Positions 17,881 to 25,907 of a DNA stretch of 61,812 nucleotides are shown in pieces. The stretch comes from an uncultured Bacilli bacterium. GTDB taxonomy: Bacteria; Bacillota_I; Bacilli_A; RF39; UBA660. The notes under the pieces are model-generated. The model was not told the DNA's origin and ran no database searches. It saw only the letters and a list, made by a program, of their open reading frames with translations. The DNA lies in contig CANQYU010000001.1 of NCBI GenBank assembly GCA_947628145.1, positions 1 to 61,812 on the forward strand. The letters are read 5' to 3'. Every line of letters starts with the position of its first letter. Position 1 is the first letter of the stretch. The position numbers and the translations under genes are program-made.

Positions 17881-18522
17881 TTAAGCTTCTTTTATATAGG
17901 GTTTAAATTCTTTAGGTAATTTAGCTTCAAATAAATATTCTTGCTTATTTAAATTAAGTTCTAAAGAAATGGCATGTAAACCTAATCTATGGAAAGGATT
18001 AGTAGCACTACCATATTTTTTATCCCCAACGATAGGATAACCTAAATTACTAAAACCAACCCTTATTTGATTTTTCTTACCAGTAATTATTTCGATATTA
18101 ACTAAAGTATTATTAAATTTATAATTAATTACTTTATATTTAGTCTCAGCATATTCCCCTTGAGAAGAAGCATAAACTTGGTGGAATTTATTTTCTCGTA
18201 AATATTCTTTAATTACTCCCCTTTTATTTGGTAATTTGCCCTCTAAGATAGCTATATATTTTCTTTTCGTGATATTAAGCCAATTAGCTTGTAAATATTT
18301 TTTTAACTTTTCATTTTTAGCAAATACCACGACTCCACTAGTATCTTTATCTAAACGATGGACAATAAATATTTTATTTGATTTACGCTGCTTCTTAACA
18401 TAATCTTTAGCCATACTATATAAAGTATTAGTAGTTTTACCATCACTAATCGTTAATAATTTAGGAGGTTTATTTACTACCAATAATTCTTGATTTTCAT
18501 AAATAATATTTAATTTTTGCAT
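17881..18522 (-). CDS. RluA-family pseudouridine synthase
   Basis: Catalytic motif HRLDKDTSG. 213 aa with no S4 domain. Confidence 0.85.
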   Translation of the reverse strand: MQKLNIIYENQELLVVNKPPKLLTISDGKTTNTLYSMAKDYVKKQRKSNKIFIVHRLDKDTSGVVVFAKNEKLKKYLQANWLNITKRKYIAILEGKLPNKRGVIKEYLRENKFHQVYASSQGEYAETKYKVINYKFNNTLVNIEIITGKKNQIRVGFSNLGYPIVGDKKYGSATNPFHRLGLHAISLELNLNKQEYLFEAKLPKEFKPYIKEA

Positions 18523-18530
18523 ATAAACAC

Positions 18531-19241
18531 CTACTTTTTAAATTTATTAATATATTCTTTCATTTCTTTACTTACGCGTTTACTATCTTTAATTTTACTT
18601 ATACTTTTATTAATTGTAAATTGATTTAAATTATGATGTTCTAAATAAACTAAAGTAGTACTTTCAAATTTAATAAAACATTCACATAATAACCAAGCTT
18701 TAGCCATGTTTATATAATATAAATCGCTATTAATAGTATCTAAAATATTAAAAATATAACTTAAATATTCTTCGGAAACATAATAATTTAATAATAAAAC
18801 TAAACCTACTCGTACATAATATTCTTGTTTAGTATTTATTAAATTATTAATGATTTTTTGAAAATATTCTTTATGCTTATTTACAATTTTTAAACTAGCA
18901 CAAAAAGTATCACATAAAGCCCAATTATCAATTAAAGATATATAATCTAAAAAATAAATATTTAATTCGTTTAAGTCTTTAATTGTTCCTATGACTAAGC
19001 CAGTAAGCATTACTAATTCATAATAATTAGTAGAAGAATTTTTTAAAAAAGCTTGATAATTACCTTGACTAATTTCTTTAGCTATATTTTTTAAAATAGG
19101 TACTTTTATTCCTAACATAGGATATTTGGTATTTATGATTTTAGTATTAAATTCTTGATATTTATGATTTTTAATACTTATTAAATAATTAATAAATTCT
19201 TGATATGTTTTTTTATTCCAATTAATTTCTTTTAAATTCAT
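18531..19241 (-). CDS. DNA alkylation repair protein (AlkD-like HEAT-repeat)
   Basis: 236 aa. The segment YQEFNTKIINTKYPMLGIKVPILKNIAKEI is typical of the DNA_alkylation family. Confidence 0.7.
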   Translation of the reverse strand: MNLKEINWNKKTYQEFINYLISIKNHKYQEFNTKIINTKYPMLGIKVPILKNIAKEISQGNYQAFLKNSSTNYYELVMLTGLVIGTIKDLNELNIYFLDYISLIDNWALCDTFCASLKIVNKHKEYFQKIINNLINTKQEYYVRVGLVLLLNYYVSEEYLSYIFNILDTINSDLYYINMAKAWLLCECFIKFESTTLVYLEHHNLNQFTINKSISKIKDSKRVSKEMKEYINKFKK

Positions 19242-19340
19242 AATTACCTCATAATTAATATAGCATTTTTTATTAATTAAAAAAAGAGAAAATAAGAATT
19301 AATTGTTTTTTATAAAATATATGATATAATAAATATAAGT

Positions 19341-19442
19341 AAGCGTTAGGAAACTAACGTCTACTATTTTTCATGGTTGACGTTTATGCTGGTATTATTA
19401 CTGTTTAAAACAATAATAATATATGGCATGGACGTCTTTTTT
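19341..19442 (+). ncRNA. Candidate ~100-nt sRNA with its own promoter and intrinsic terminator (possible type I antitoxin)
   Basis: Promoter: TTGTTT (19303-08), 16-nt spacer, extended -10 TGATATAAT (19322-30). The 5' end folds as hairpin CGTTAG-GAAA-CTAACG. The terminator is GACGT..GCATGGACGTC plus T6 (19379-19442). It is antisense to the 3' half of the small ORF 19364-19501. Confidence 0.45.
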
Positions 19443-19501
19443 AGTTTAAACAAACTAAATATCTTAATTAAAATTTCTTTTAATGAGACTAAGTAATGCA
19501 T
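19364..19501 (-). CDS. Candidate 45-aa small ORF (possible type I toxin or leader peptide)
   Basis: MHYLVSLKEILIKIFSLFKLKKTSMPYIIIVLNSNNTSINVNHEK, with SD GGAGAAAGGA 5 nt upstream. That SD can pair with the upstream CCTCCCTTT/CTCC. Below the ORF-track size cutoff; translated by hand. Confidence 0.3.
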   Translation of the reverse strand: MHYLVSLKEILIKIFSLFKLKKTSMPYIIIVLNSNNTSINVNHEK

Positions 19502-19647
19502 AAAATTCCTTTCTCCAAAACCCCCAAGGAGTTTTTAAAGGGAGGTAACTTATGTCTTAATTAGTAGACGCCAGTCCTAACGCTTAAATGTATTCTACCA
19601 TATAGTTTATATTTGTAAAGAAAAATCGTTCGACACTTTTCGACATC

Positions 19648-19672
19648 AAAAAAAGTGAAGATTATTCTTCAC
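19648..19672 (-). terminator. Intrinsic terminator downstream of paralog B
   Basis: Minus-strand hairpin GTGAAGA-ATAA-TCTTCAC followed by T7. Confidence 0.7.
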
Positions 19673-19753
19673 TTAATATGTTAGGCCTTGGTAAAGGGTT
19701 TGGCCTACTTGCCCATATATAATTAAAGCAATATGAGCAAGTTATTTTTTTTA

Positions 19754-21688
19754 TTAAGTTGCTACAACAAATGGAGTGTCAACAGAACCATTTCCTCCTG
19801 AGAAAGTTATATCTGCACGTAAATTTATTACTGGACGCACACCAAGAGTAGCGGTGCCCACAACGTTGTAGCTGAGGTTGCCATCACTATTCACATCGAA
19901 TACGTAAGCACTACCATTAGCGAGCAAGGCATACGGAGACATTACCCAATAATCTTGGTGTGTATATAAGTAATAACTTGAATTACCAGTGCCCAAGAAT
20001 CCACCAGCTAATAATACCTCATCCGCCGTTATTAAGCCTATTGGATGTTCTAACAATTTATTCCCTTTACTAGCTCCTGCTTTAGTAAATAAATCTCTTT
20101 TATAAGCAGCGTTGTTTACATCTACACTTGTTTCTTGTTCTGTTGCTGTCGTTGCACTTACTCCACATTTTAATGTTGGGTATTGTGTTTGTCTTTTAGA
20201 ATTACTCTTTTCTACTCTTCCCCATGCTGCATAACTTGTTGCTGATGTTCCAAAACCTGTTCCATCGTAACTTGAATTTACACCTGTTACCTTTTGTCTA
20301 TCATTGCAAAATCCGGCATCTTGGTCTATGTAGTTGTCATATGTTGCTAGCAAATTATCTCTGTACCAATCATTTAAATAACTTGCTATTGTACTTGGAG
20401 TTGTTCCTTGATGGGCTTCGTCATAAGTACTACTTGTTTTCCCAAAATTGTAATATCCTACGTAGGTATTATCAGTATACGGAGAAGATTTATATTCTTT
20501 TGTTGTTAATTGGGTATTTGTATTTGTTGTATCTTTACAACCTATATTTCCACATTGATATATTAATCTAAGTGTTCCATCTCCATTTATTCTAATTATT
20601 CTCCATCTCTTATTAGCAAACTCTACCCAATTATTATTTGCTTGCCCTCTAAAGAAATAACTTGTTCCATCATTATCGGGAGCTTCATATAAAATATTTT
20701 CGTGATTTTCTGTATCTACTCCAGTCACTTTCATTACGCCACTTGGGTCTGTTCCATCAAATCCTGTTCCACTTTTAGCCGTAGTAAAACTTTCTTCTCC
20801 GCCTTTAGTTTCATTTAACTTAGCAAGCATACCTTCTGGAGTTGGTTTATAGAAATATAATACACAACTAGTTCCACTTTGAGTTAAGTTTGATACTAAT
20901 ACTCCATGGTTTCCATTATCCCATATTGGAGTTGCTCCATTTGTACACATACTTTTTTCTGTATTTAAAATATATCCATCTTCTTTACTTGGTATCTCGT
21001 TTTGTTGTTTATATTTCCCATTTTCTTGTTCTACGTTTATTGCTAATATATTTATATCTGGTTCAGCATCGCTTTCCCCTATTGTTACCTCTCCACTAAA
21101 CACTCCATTATTATCATAACTTTGGTCTTCACTTTCGTTTGGATATTCTATTATGACATAATAACTTACTTTCTCTCCCGTTGGACTCGCATTTATAAAT
21201 TCGTCTTGCACTAATATTTCTTGATTACTTGTTATTGTTCCCTCTCCTACTGGGGAACCTAATTTATCGATGTTACTTATTTTACATTCTTCATAGACCA
21301 TTTGTCCACCGGCTACATTTTGACTTTTTCTATTACAACTTGATGTTACATCTTGTAACTCTGTTACTTTATATACGGTATATTTTAATTTTGTTTTTAA
21401 AGTATTAGTTATTTCTTTATATATTACATTATAGGAAACTAAAATATTATCTCCGGTTGCTTTTACATCTATTCTTGATACATCTTTATGGCCAGGAAGC
21501 ATATCTTTTGCATTAAAATTTAATCTTCCATATATTTCTATGGTTGCTCCATTTATATTCGCGGTTGTTACTTTAGTTTTGGCTCCATCTCCTTGAAACA
21601 ATGTTTTTCCTACAAAAAATGCTAAACTTACCCCTATTCCTAATATTAATACACTTAGTAATACTATTATTCTTTTATTTTTTGTCAT
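19754..21688 (-). CDS. Paralog B of the surface-protein family: TasA/camelysin-like N-terminal module, Ig-like module, DUF1566/DUF6273-like C-terminal domain with a hypervariable patch
   Basis: 644 aa. The N-terminus MTKNKRIIVLLSVLILGIGVSLAFFVGKT...MLPGHKDVSRIDVKATG resembles a SipW-type signal plus TasA/M73 fold. The C-terminal ~330 aa are paralogous to 5089-6543 and 60406-61812. Confidence 0.85.
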   Translation of the reverse strand: MTKNKRIIVLLSVLILGIGVSLAFFVGKTLFQGDGAKTKVTTANINGATIEIYGRLNFNAKDMLPGHKDVSRIDVKATGDNILVSYNVIYKEITNTLKTKLKYTVYKVTELQDVTSSCNRKSQNVAGGQMVYEECKISNIDKLGSPVGEGTITSNQEILVQDEFINASPTGEKVSYYVIIEYPNESEDQSYDNNGVFSGEVTIGESDAEPDINILAINVEQENGKYKQQNEIPSKEDGYILNTEKSMCTNGATPIWDNGNHGVLVSNLTQSGTSCVLYFYKPTPEGMLAKLNETKGGEESFTTAKSGTGFDGTDPSGVMKVTGVDTENHENILYEAPDNDGTSYFFRGQANNNWVEFANKRWRIIRINGDGTLRLIYQCGNIGCKDTTNTNTQLTTKEYKSSPYTDNTYVGYYNFGKTSSTYDEAHQGTTPSTIASYLNDWYRDNLLATYDNYIDQDAGFCNDRQKVTGVNSSYDGTGFGTSATSYAAWGRVEKSNSKRQTQYPTLKCGVSATTATEQETSVDVNNAAYKRDLFTKAGASKGNKLLEHPIGLITADEVLLAGGFLGTGNSSYYLYTHQDYWVMSPYALLANGSAYVFDVNSDGNLSYNVVGTATLGVRPVINLRADITFSGGNGSVDTPFVVAT

Positions 21689-21718
21689 ATATATTCCTAC
21701 CTATTTCTATGATAATAT

Positions 21719-21780
21719 GTACCTTATTAAGGTTCCTACACTATATTAATAATAGCATTGTAAAGGTACCTTGTCAAGGT
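21719..21780. promoter_or_regulatory. Two copies of the palindrome GTACCTT-N3-AAGGT (candidate operators) in the paralog-B / HTH divergent region
   Basis: ACCTTATTAAGGT at 21721-21733 and ACCTTGTCAAGGT at 21768-21780. The first lies between putative -35 and -10 elements of paralog B. The second overlaps TTGTCA, a putative -35 of the HTH gene. Confidence 0.4.
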
Positions 21781-21834
21781 ATTTTTTAGCCTAATAATTG
21801 GTTTTTATAGTAACTTTGATATATGGAGGTATGT

Positions 21835-22050
21835 ATGAAACTTATTGCAAATAGCTATGAACCAAAAGATATTTTTAAAATACTTAGAGAATGGACAGAC
21901 TTAACTCAAGAAGAATTAGCTAAAGAAATAAATAAAAGCAAATTCGGTTTAAAAAAATATGAAAATGGAGAAAATCGTTTTTATTTTGAAACAATATTAG
22001 AGATATGTAATAAACATAATATAACTATTACTTTTGAAAAAGGGCAATAA
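21835..22050 (+). CDS. Small HTH DNA-binding protein (XRE-like)
   Basis: 71 aa. The segment LREWTDLTQEELAKEINKSKFGLKKYENG is an HTH. Start at ATG 21835, after GGAGG. Confidence 0.7.
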   Translation: MKLIANSYEPKDIFKILREWTDLTQEELAKEINKSKFGLKKYENGENRFYFETILEICNKHNITITFEKGQ

Positions 22051-22076
22051 AAAATTGAAGAGTTTCTTCAATTTTT
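22051..22076. terminator. Bidirectional terminator
   Basis: Stem AAAAATTGAAGA / TCTTCAATTTTT between convergent genes. Confidence 0.6.
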
Positions 22077-22959
22077 ATTTGCGATAATTTGTTGTAATAA
22101 TTTCCATATCCGTGGTTAATTGTTTTATTCTTTCAATTATTCGACGAGCTTTTACTTTATCAATATTACTCTTAGTTTGGGATAAATGGGTTTCTAATTC
22201 TTCAATAGTTAAATTAGAGGTAAAGAAAGTTGGTAAATGGTCATTCATTCTATTTTGTAAAATAGTACCTAATACCTCATCTCTTCCCCATTCACTTACA
22301 GTCTCGGCTCCTATATCGTCAATAAGTAAAATAGGAACAGTACTATATTTAGTTATATTTTCGCCAAATAAATCCCAGTCATCCTTTAAAGTTCGTAATA
22401 TTTCTGGAAAATAAAGAGCAATATAATTTACTTTTTTCTTATTTTTAAGTTCATTTAATAAAGCATATATAAGATAAGTTTTCCCACTCCCGAAAGTACC
22501 ATGAAGATATAAACCTTTTAAATCTTTTATACCATCATAGGCATCATAAAAATCTTTTAACCATTTAATTAAAGTTACTCTTTTTTTATCAGTAACATTT
22601 ATATCTTTAAATGAAGCCATTTCTAATTCTTTAGAGGCAGTTTTTTTAGTTTCTAAAAGCTTTTCTTCTTGTTGTTCATATTGGCAAGGAATATAAACAA
22701 AATCAATATAATTAGAAGCTTTTTCGGGATAAAGATAATGACCTATTACTTTATTTTGACATTCATATAAACCATGACAATTTTTACAATTATTTAAACT
22801 TTTGACACAATCTTCTAAACTAGAATTATTTAAACTACCTAAGTATTCATTTATTTTTAGTTTAGTAACTAAATTTTGAAAATCAGGATTTTTTAAGTTT
22901 TCTTTATAATCTTTTAATAAAGTATTATTATTTATTTCGAAAGTTTTAAGTTTTTCCAT
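22075..22959 (-). CDS. dnaI: Primosomal helicase loader DnaI
   Basis: N-terminal Cys-rich zinc module (CKNCHGLYEC...IPCQ) and a C-terminal AAA+ domain with Walker A GTFGSGKTYL and Walker B LLIDDIG. Follows the DnaB/DnaD-type initiator gene, as in Bacillus. Confidence 0.9.
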   Translation of the reverse strand: MEKLKTFEINNNTLLKDYKENLKNPDFQNLVTKLKINEYLGSLNNSSLEDCVKSLNNCKNCHGLYECQNKVIGHYLYPEKASNYIDFVYIPCQYEQQEEKLLETKKTASKELEMASFKDINVTDKKRVTLIKWLKDFYDAYDGIKDLKGLYLHGTFGSGKTYLIYALLNELKNKKKVNYIALYFPEILRTLKDDWDLFGENITKYSTVPILLIDDIGAETVSEWGRDEVLGTILQNRMNDHLPTFFTSNLTIEELETHLSQTKSNIDKVKARRIIERIKQLTTDMEIITTNYRK

Positions 22960-22968
22960 TTAAGCCTC

Positions 22969-24246
22969 CTATATATTTTTTAGTAAGTTTTCTAGTTCTT
23001 GTTGTTCTTCTAAACTTACCTCTTCCTTAGTTATATTTTCATCAAACCAAACAGGTACAGCCTTTTCTTTTAAATTAGTCTTAGTTTTAGTTTCTTTAGT
23101 TTTAACCTGCGATTTTTTATGTTCTTTTTCGGCGAATTCCATCGCTTCTTTAGCGGTTCTAATACCAGCCCTTTTCCACTGGCCAGCGATAGTTTCAATA
23201 TAATTAGCACTAAGACGATTATTATTTTTCTTTAAAACATAATCGATTAATACATTAACCACGGAGGGAGTTAATTCTAAATCAATAGCTAAATACTCTA
23301 ATAATTTTAAATCTCGTGGTGTGGGTTCAATTCCATTATATTTATCTTTTAAAAATTCATAAGGAGAGGTATTTTCAAAAACTGCGATAATTTTACCTTT
23401 TTTAGAATTATTACCAAGGGGTTCTTTTAAATATTCAGGAGTATTACGATAAATTAAAGTAGGAAGAGTACCAGTTTTAAATTGATATTGTTTACGAGCA
23501 TTTTTTCTTAATTCTTCTTTATTAATATTGCCTGTTTCATTTAAACTAGAACGAATTATTTCAGTCATTTTTAAGTTATCTAAATTATAAATAAAACTTA
23601 AATTAATTATTAATTCTTTTACTTTTTTAGTAAAAGCTTTAGGATTTAAAAGAGTTTTCGGAATACTACTCATAAGAAAATCAAAATCAATATCCGAAAT
23701 AATATTTAATGGTAAAGTAGTTCTCTCTTTTATTTCTCCTACAGGGATGCTAGTAGGCTCAAAAGTTTCATTTAATGTTTTAGTTATTTCTTCATAACCA
23801 GTTAAATTAATATTGATTTTTTGTTCCCCTTTTTTTAAGTCATTATATTCTGTTTCGCCAATATTATTATATAAAACAACATTTAAAATAGGATTATTAA
23901 AAAATTCACTGGCAGTTAAAGGAGAATATAATTCATAAACATAGGAATTTACATCTCCAGTTTTAACATAAGTTTTTAAAAGGCCCATGGCTTCTAAAGC
24001 TTCTCGAGCTATTTTGATAGTTTCTAAATCACATTTTAAAATACTCATAAGGTGGTGATGGGTAAAATCTTTACTCATTAATTCTAAACGGTCTAAATCA
24101 CTCCAAAAAGTTAAATATAAAGAAACAGCACTATAACCAATAATAGGTTCATATAAGTTTATTAAATTTTTTTTATCAGTTTCAGTTAGAATGGTTTTAT
24201 TTACAATTACATATCTATCCGCGGGTAATAAGGTTATTAATTGCAT
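22969..24246 (-). CDS. Replication initiation and membrane attachment protein (Bacillus DnaB/DnaD family)
   Basis: 425 aa. N-terminal winged-helix-like region and a C-terminal DnaD-like repeat (YIETIAGQWKRAGIRTAKEAMEF). Located immediately upstream of dnaI. Confidence 0.8.
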   Translation of the reverse strand: MQLITLLPADRYVIVNKTILTETDKKNLINLYEPIIGYSAVSLYLTFWSDLDRLELMSKDFTHHHLMSILKCDLETIKIAREALEAMGLLKTYVKTGDVNSYVYELYSPLTASEFFNNPILNVVLYNNIGETEYNDLKKGEQKININLTGYEEITKTLNETFEPTSIPVGEIKERTTLPLNIISDIDFDFLMSSIPKTLLNPKAFTKKVKELIINLSFIYNLDNLKMTEIIRSSLNETGNINKEELRKNARKQYQFKTGTLPTLIYRNTPEYLKEPLGNNSKKGKIIAVFENTSPYEFLKDKYNGIEPTPRDLKLLEYLAIDLELTPSVVNVLIDYVLKKNNNRLSANYIETIAGQWKRAGIRTAKEAMEFAEKEHKKSQVKTKETKTKTNLKEKAVPVWFDENITKEEVSLEEQQELENLLKNI

Positions 24247-24342
24247 AGCTTCACTTCCTAACTAATTAATAATATTATAAAATAGAAATGAGTTTTAAAC
24301 AAGAAATAATCCACAATAATTAGTAATTATTTTTATTTAATT

Positions 24343-24373
24343 AAAAAACATTTAGAACTTTACTCTAAATGTT
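24343..24373 (-). terminator. Intrinsic terminator of glyQS
   Basis: Minus-strand hairpin AACATTTAGA-loop-TCTAAATGTT followed by TTTTTT. Confidence 0.7.
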
Positions 24374-24404
24374 AAAAAATATTTAATTTATTAAAAGTAA
24401 TTAC

Positions 24405-25778
24405 TTAAAATTCAATAAATTTTTGGATATAAGCTTTTAATTCTTCGGTTTTTAAAGTTATTTGTTCCATAGTATCTCTATTTCTTACAGTAACCGTATT
24501 ATTATTAATTGTTTCATCATCAACTGTAATACATAAAGGTGTACCTATAGCATCGCTTCTTCTATATCTTTTACCAATAGAACCACTTGTATCCATATTA
24601 CACATAAATGATTTAGATAGTTCACTATAAATATCTAAAGCTTTTTCCCCATGAGTTTTTTTAATTAATGGTAAAATGGTAACTTTATAAGGAGCTAAAT
24701 AAGGATGAATTTTTAAAACTTCTCTTTCTTCATTATTACTTAATATTTCTTTAGTATAAGCATCACTTAATAAAGCATATAATAATCTATCTAAGCCGAC
24801 ACTTGGTTCAATAACATATGGTAAATATTTTTCGTTTGTCTCGGGGTCTAAATATCTTAAATCAGTTTTAGAATGCTCACTATGGACAGTTAAATCATAA
24901 TCAGTACGGTCAGCAATACCCCATAATTCACCCCACCCCATAGGAAATTTATATTCTATATCCGTGGTAGCTTTACTATAAAAAGATAATTCTTCTTTAG
25001 AATGGTCGCGGTATCTTAAATTTTCTTTATTTAAACCTAAAGTTTTTAAAAAATCAATACAATAATTTTTCCAAAAACCAAACCATTCTAAGTCAGTGTT
25101 GGGTTTACAGAAAAATTCTAATTCCATTTGTTCAAATTCTCTAGTTCTAAAAATAAAATTACCAGGAGTTATTTCATTGCGAAAACTTTTACCGGTTTGA
25201 CAAATACCAAAAGGAACTTTTAAACGCATACTACGAGCAACATTTAAAAAATTAACAAAAATACCTTGAGCTGTTTCCCCTCTTAGATATACTTTAGATT
25301 TGGCATCTTCCACCACGCCCATATTGGTTTCAAATAAAAGATTAAATTTACGGATAGGAGTAAAATCACTTTTACCACATTTAGGGCATTTTATTTCATG
25401 AGTAATAATATAATTTTCTAATTCTGCATTACTCCATCCATCGCCAGTTTCTTGACCTTGAGAATATTCCTCAATTAATTTATCGGCTCTATGTCTAGCT
25501 TTACAAGATTTACAATCAATTAGAGGGTCGTTAAAATTAGTAACGTGACCACTAGCAACCCAAACCTCCGGATTCATTAAAATAGCACTATCAAGACCAT
25601 AATTATAGGGGTTTTCTTGAACAAATTTTTGCCACCAAGCCCGGCGAATATTATTTTTTAATTCTACACCTAAGGGACCATAATCCCAAGTATTAGCTAA
25701 GCCGCCATAAATTTCACTACCTTGGAAAATAAAACCATATTGTTTACAATAATTTACTAATTCATCTTGTGTTATCAT
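24405..25778 (-). CDS. glyQS: Glycine--tRNA ligase (dimeric class II GlyQS type)
   Basis: Start at ATG 25778 (RBS GAGGAGG). N-terminus ..YGFIFQGSEIYGGLANTWDYGPLGVELKNN.. plus class II motifs. Confidence 0.95.
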   Translation of the reverse strand: MITQDELVNYCKQYGFIFQGSEIYGGLANTWDYGPLGVELKNNIRRAWWQKFVQENPYNYGLDSAILMNPEVWVASGHVTNFNDPLIDCKSCKARHRADKLIEEYSQGQETGDGWSNAELENYIITHEIKCPKCGKSDFTPIRKFNLLFETNMGVVEDAKSKVYLRGETAQGIFVNFLNVARSMRLKVPFGICQTGKSFRNEITPGNFIFRTREFEQMELEFFCKPNTDLEWFGFWKNYCIDFLKTLGLNKENLRYRDHSKEELSFYSKATTDIEYKFPMGWGELWGIADRTDYDLTVHSEHSKTDLRYLDPETNEKYLPYVIEPSVGLDRLLYALLSDAYTKEILSNNEEREVLKIHPYLAPYKVTILPLIKKTHGEKALDIYSELSKSFMCNMDTSGSIGKRYRRSDAIGTPLCITVDDETINNNTVTVRNRDTMEQITLKTEELKAYIQKFIEF

Positions 25779-25794
25779 ATTATTCCTCCTCAAC

Positions 25795-25848
25795 AAAAAA
25801 GCTCTAAAAGATATTATAGGTTGAAAATAAGTTACCCTATTTTTAGAG
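25795..25848 (-). terminator. Terminator-like hairpin plus U-run immediately upstream of the glyQS RBS (leader attenuator candidate)
   Basis: Minus strand CTCTAAAA-A-TAGG...CCTA-TAATATC-TTTTAGAG followed by CTTTTTT, ending a few nt before GAGGAGG. Confidence 0.5.
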
Positions 25849-25871
25849 AGAACACCTTTATTTTTATATTT

Positions 25872-25900
25872 ATTATAAGCTATTATTTTTAGTTTCGCAA
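25872..25900 (-). promoter_or_regulatory. Sigma-A-type promoter of glyQS
   Basis: TTGCGA, a 17-nt spacer, then TATAAT on the minus strand. It lies between the upstream stop codon and the hairpin. Confidence 0.55.
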
Positions 25901-25907
25901 GTCCTTT

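Noticed and set aside
19341-19585. Whether the structured region is RNase P RNA, SRP/scRNA, tmRNA or 6S RNA.
   Set aside because: No GAGGAAAGUCC / ACAGAA (RNase P) on either strand, no GGAAGCAGC-type SRP domain IV motif, and no tRNA-like end with a GGGG start (tmRNA). An internal strong terminator argues against a single 245-nt 6S-like RNA. It is kept only as an unknown or TA-like candidate.
25779-25907. A glycine T-box or glycine riboswitch upstream of glyQS.
   Set aside because: The leader is too short. It lacks the T-box 14-mer, a specifier-loop context and the glycine-riboswitch core. It is retained only as a terminator-type leader of unknown control.
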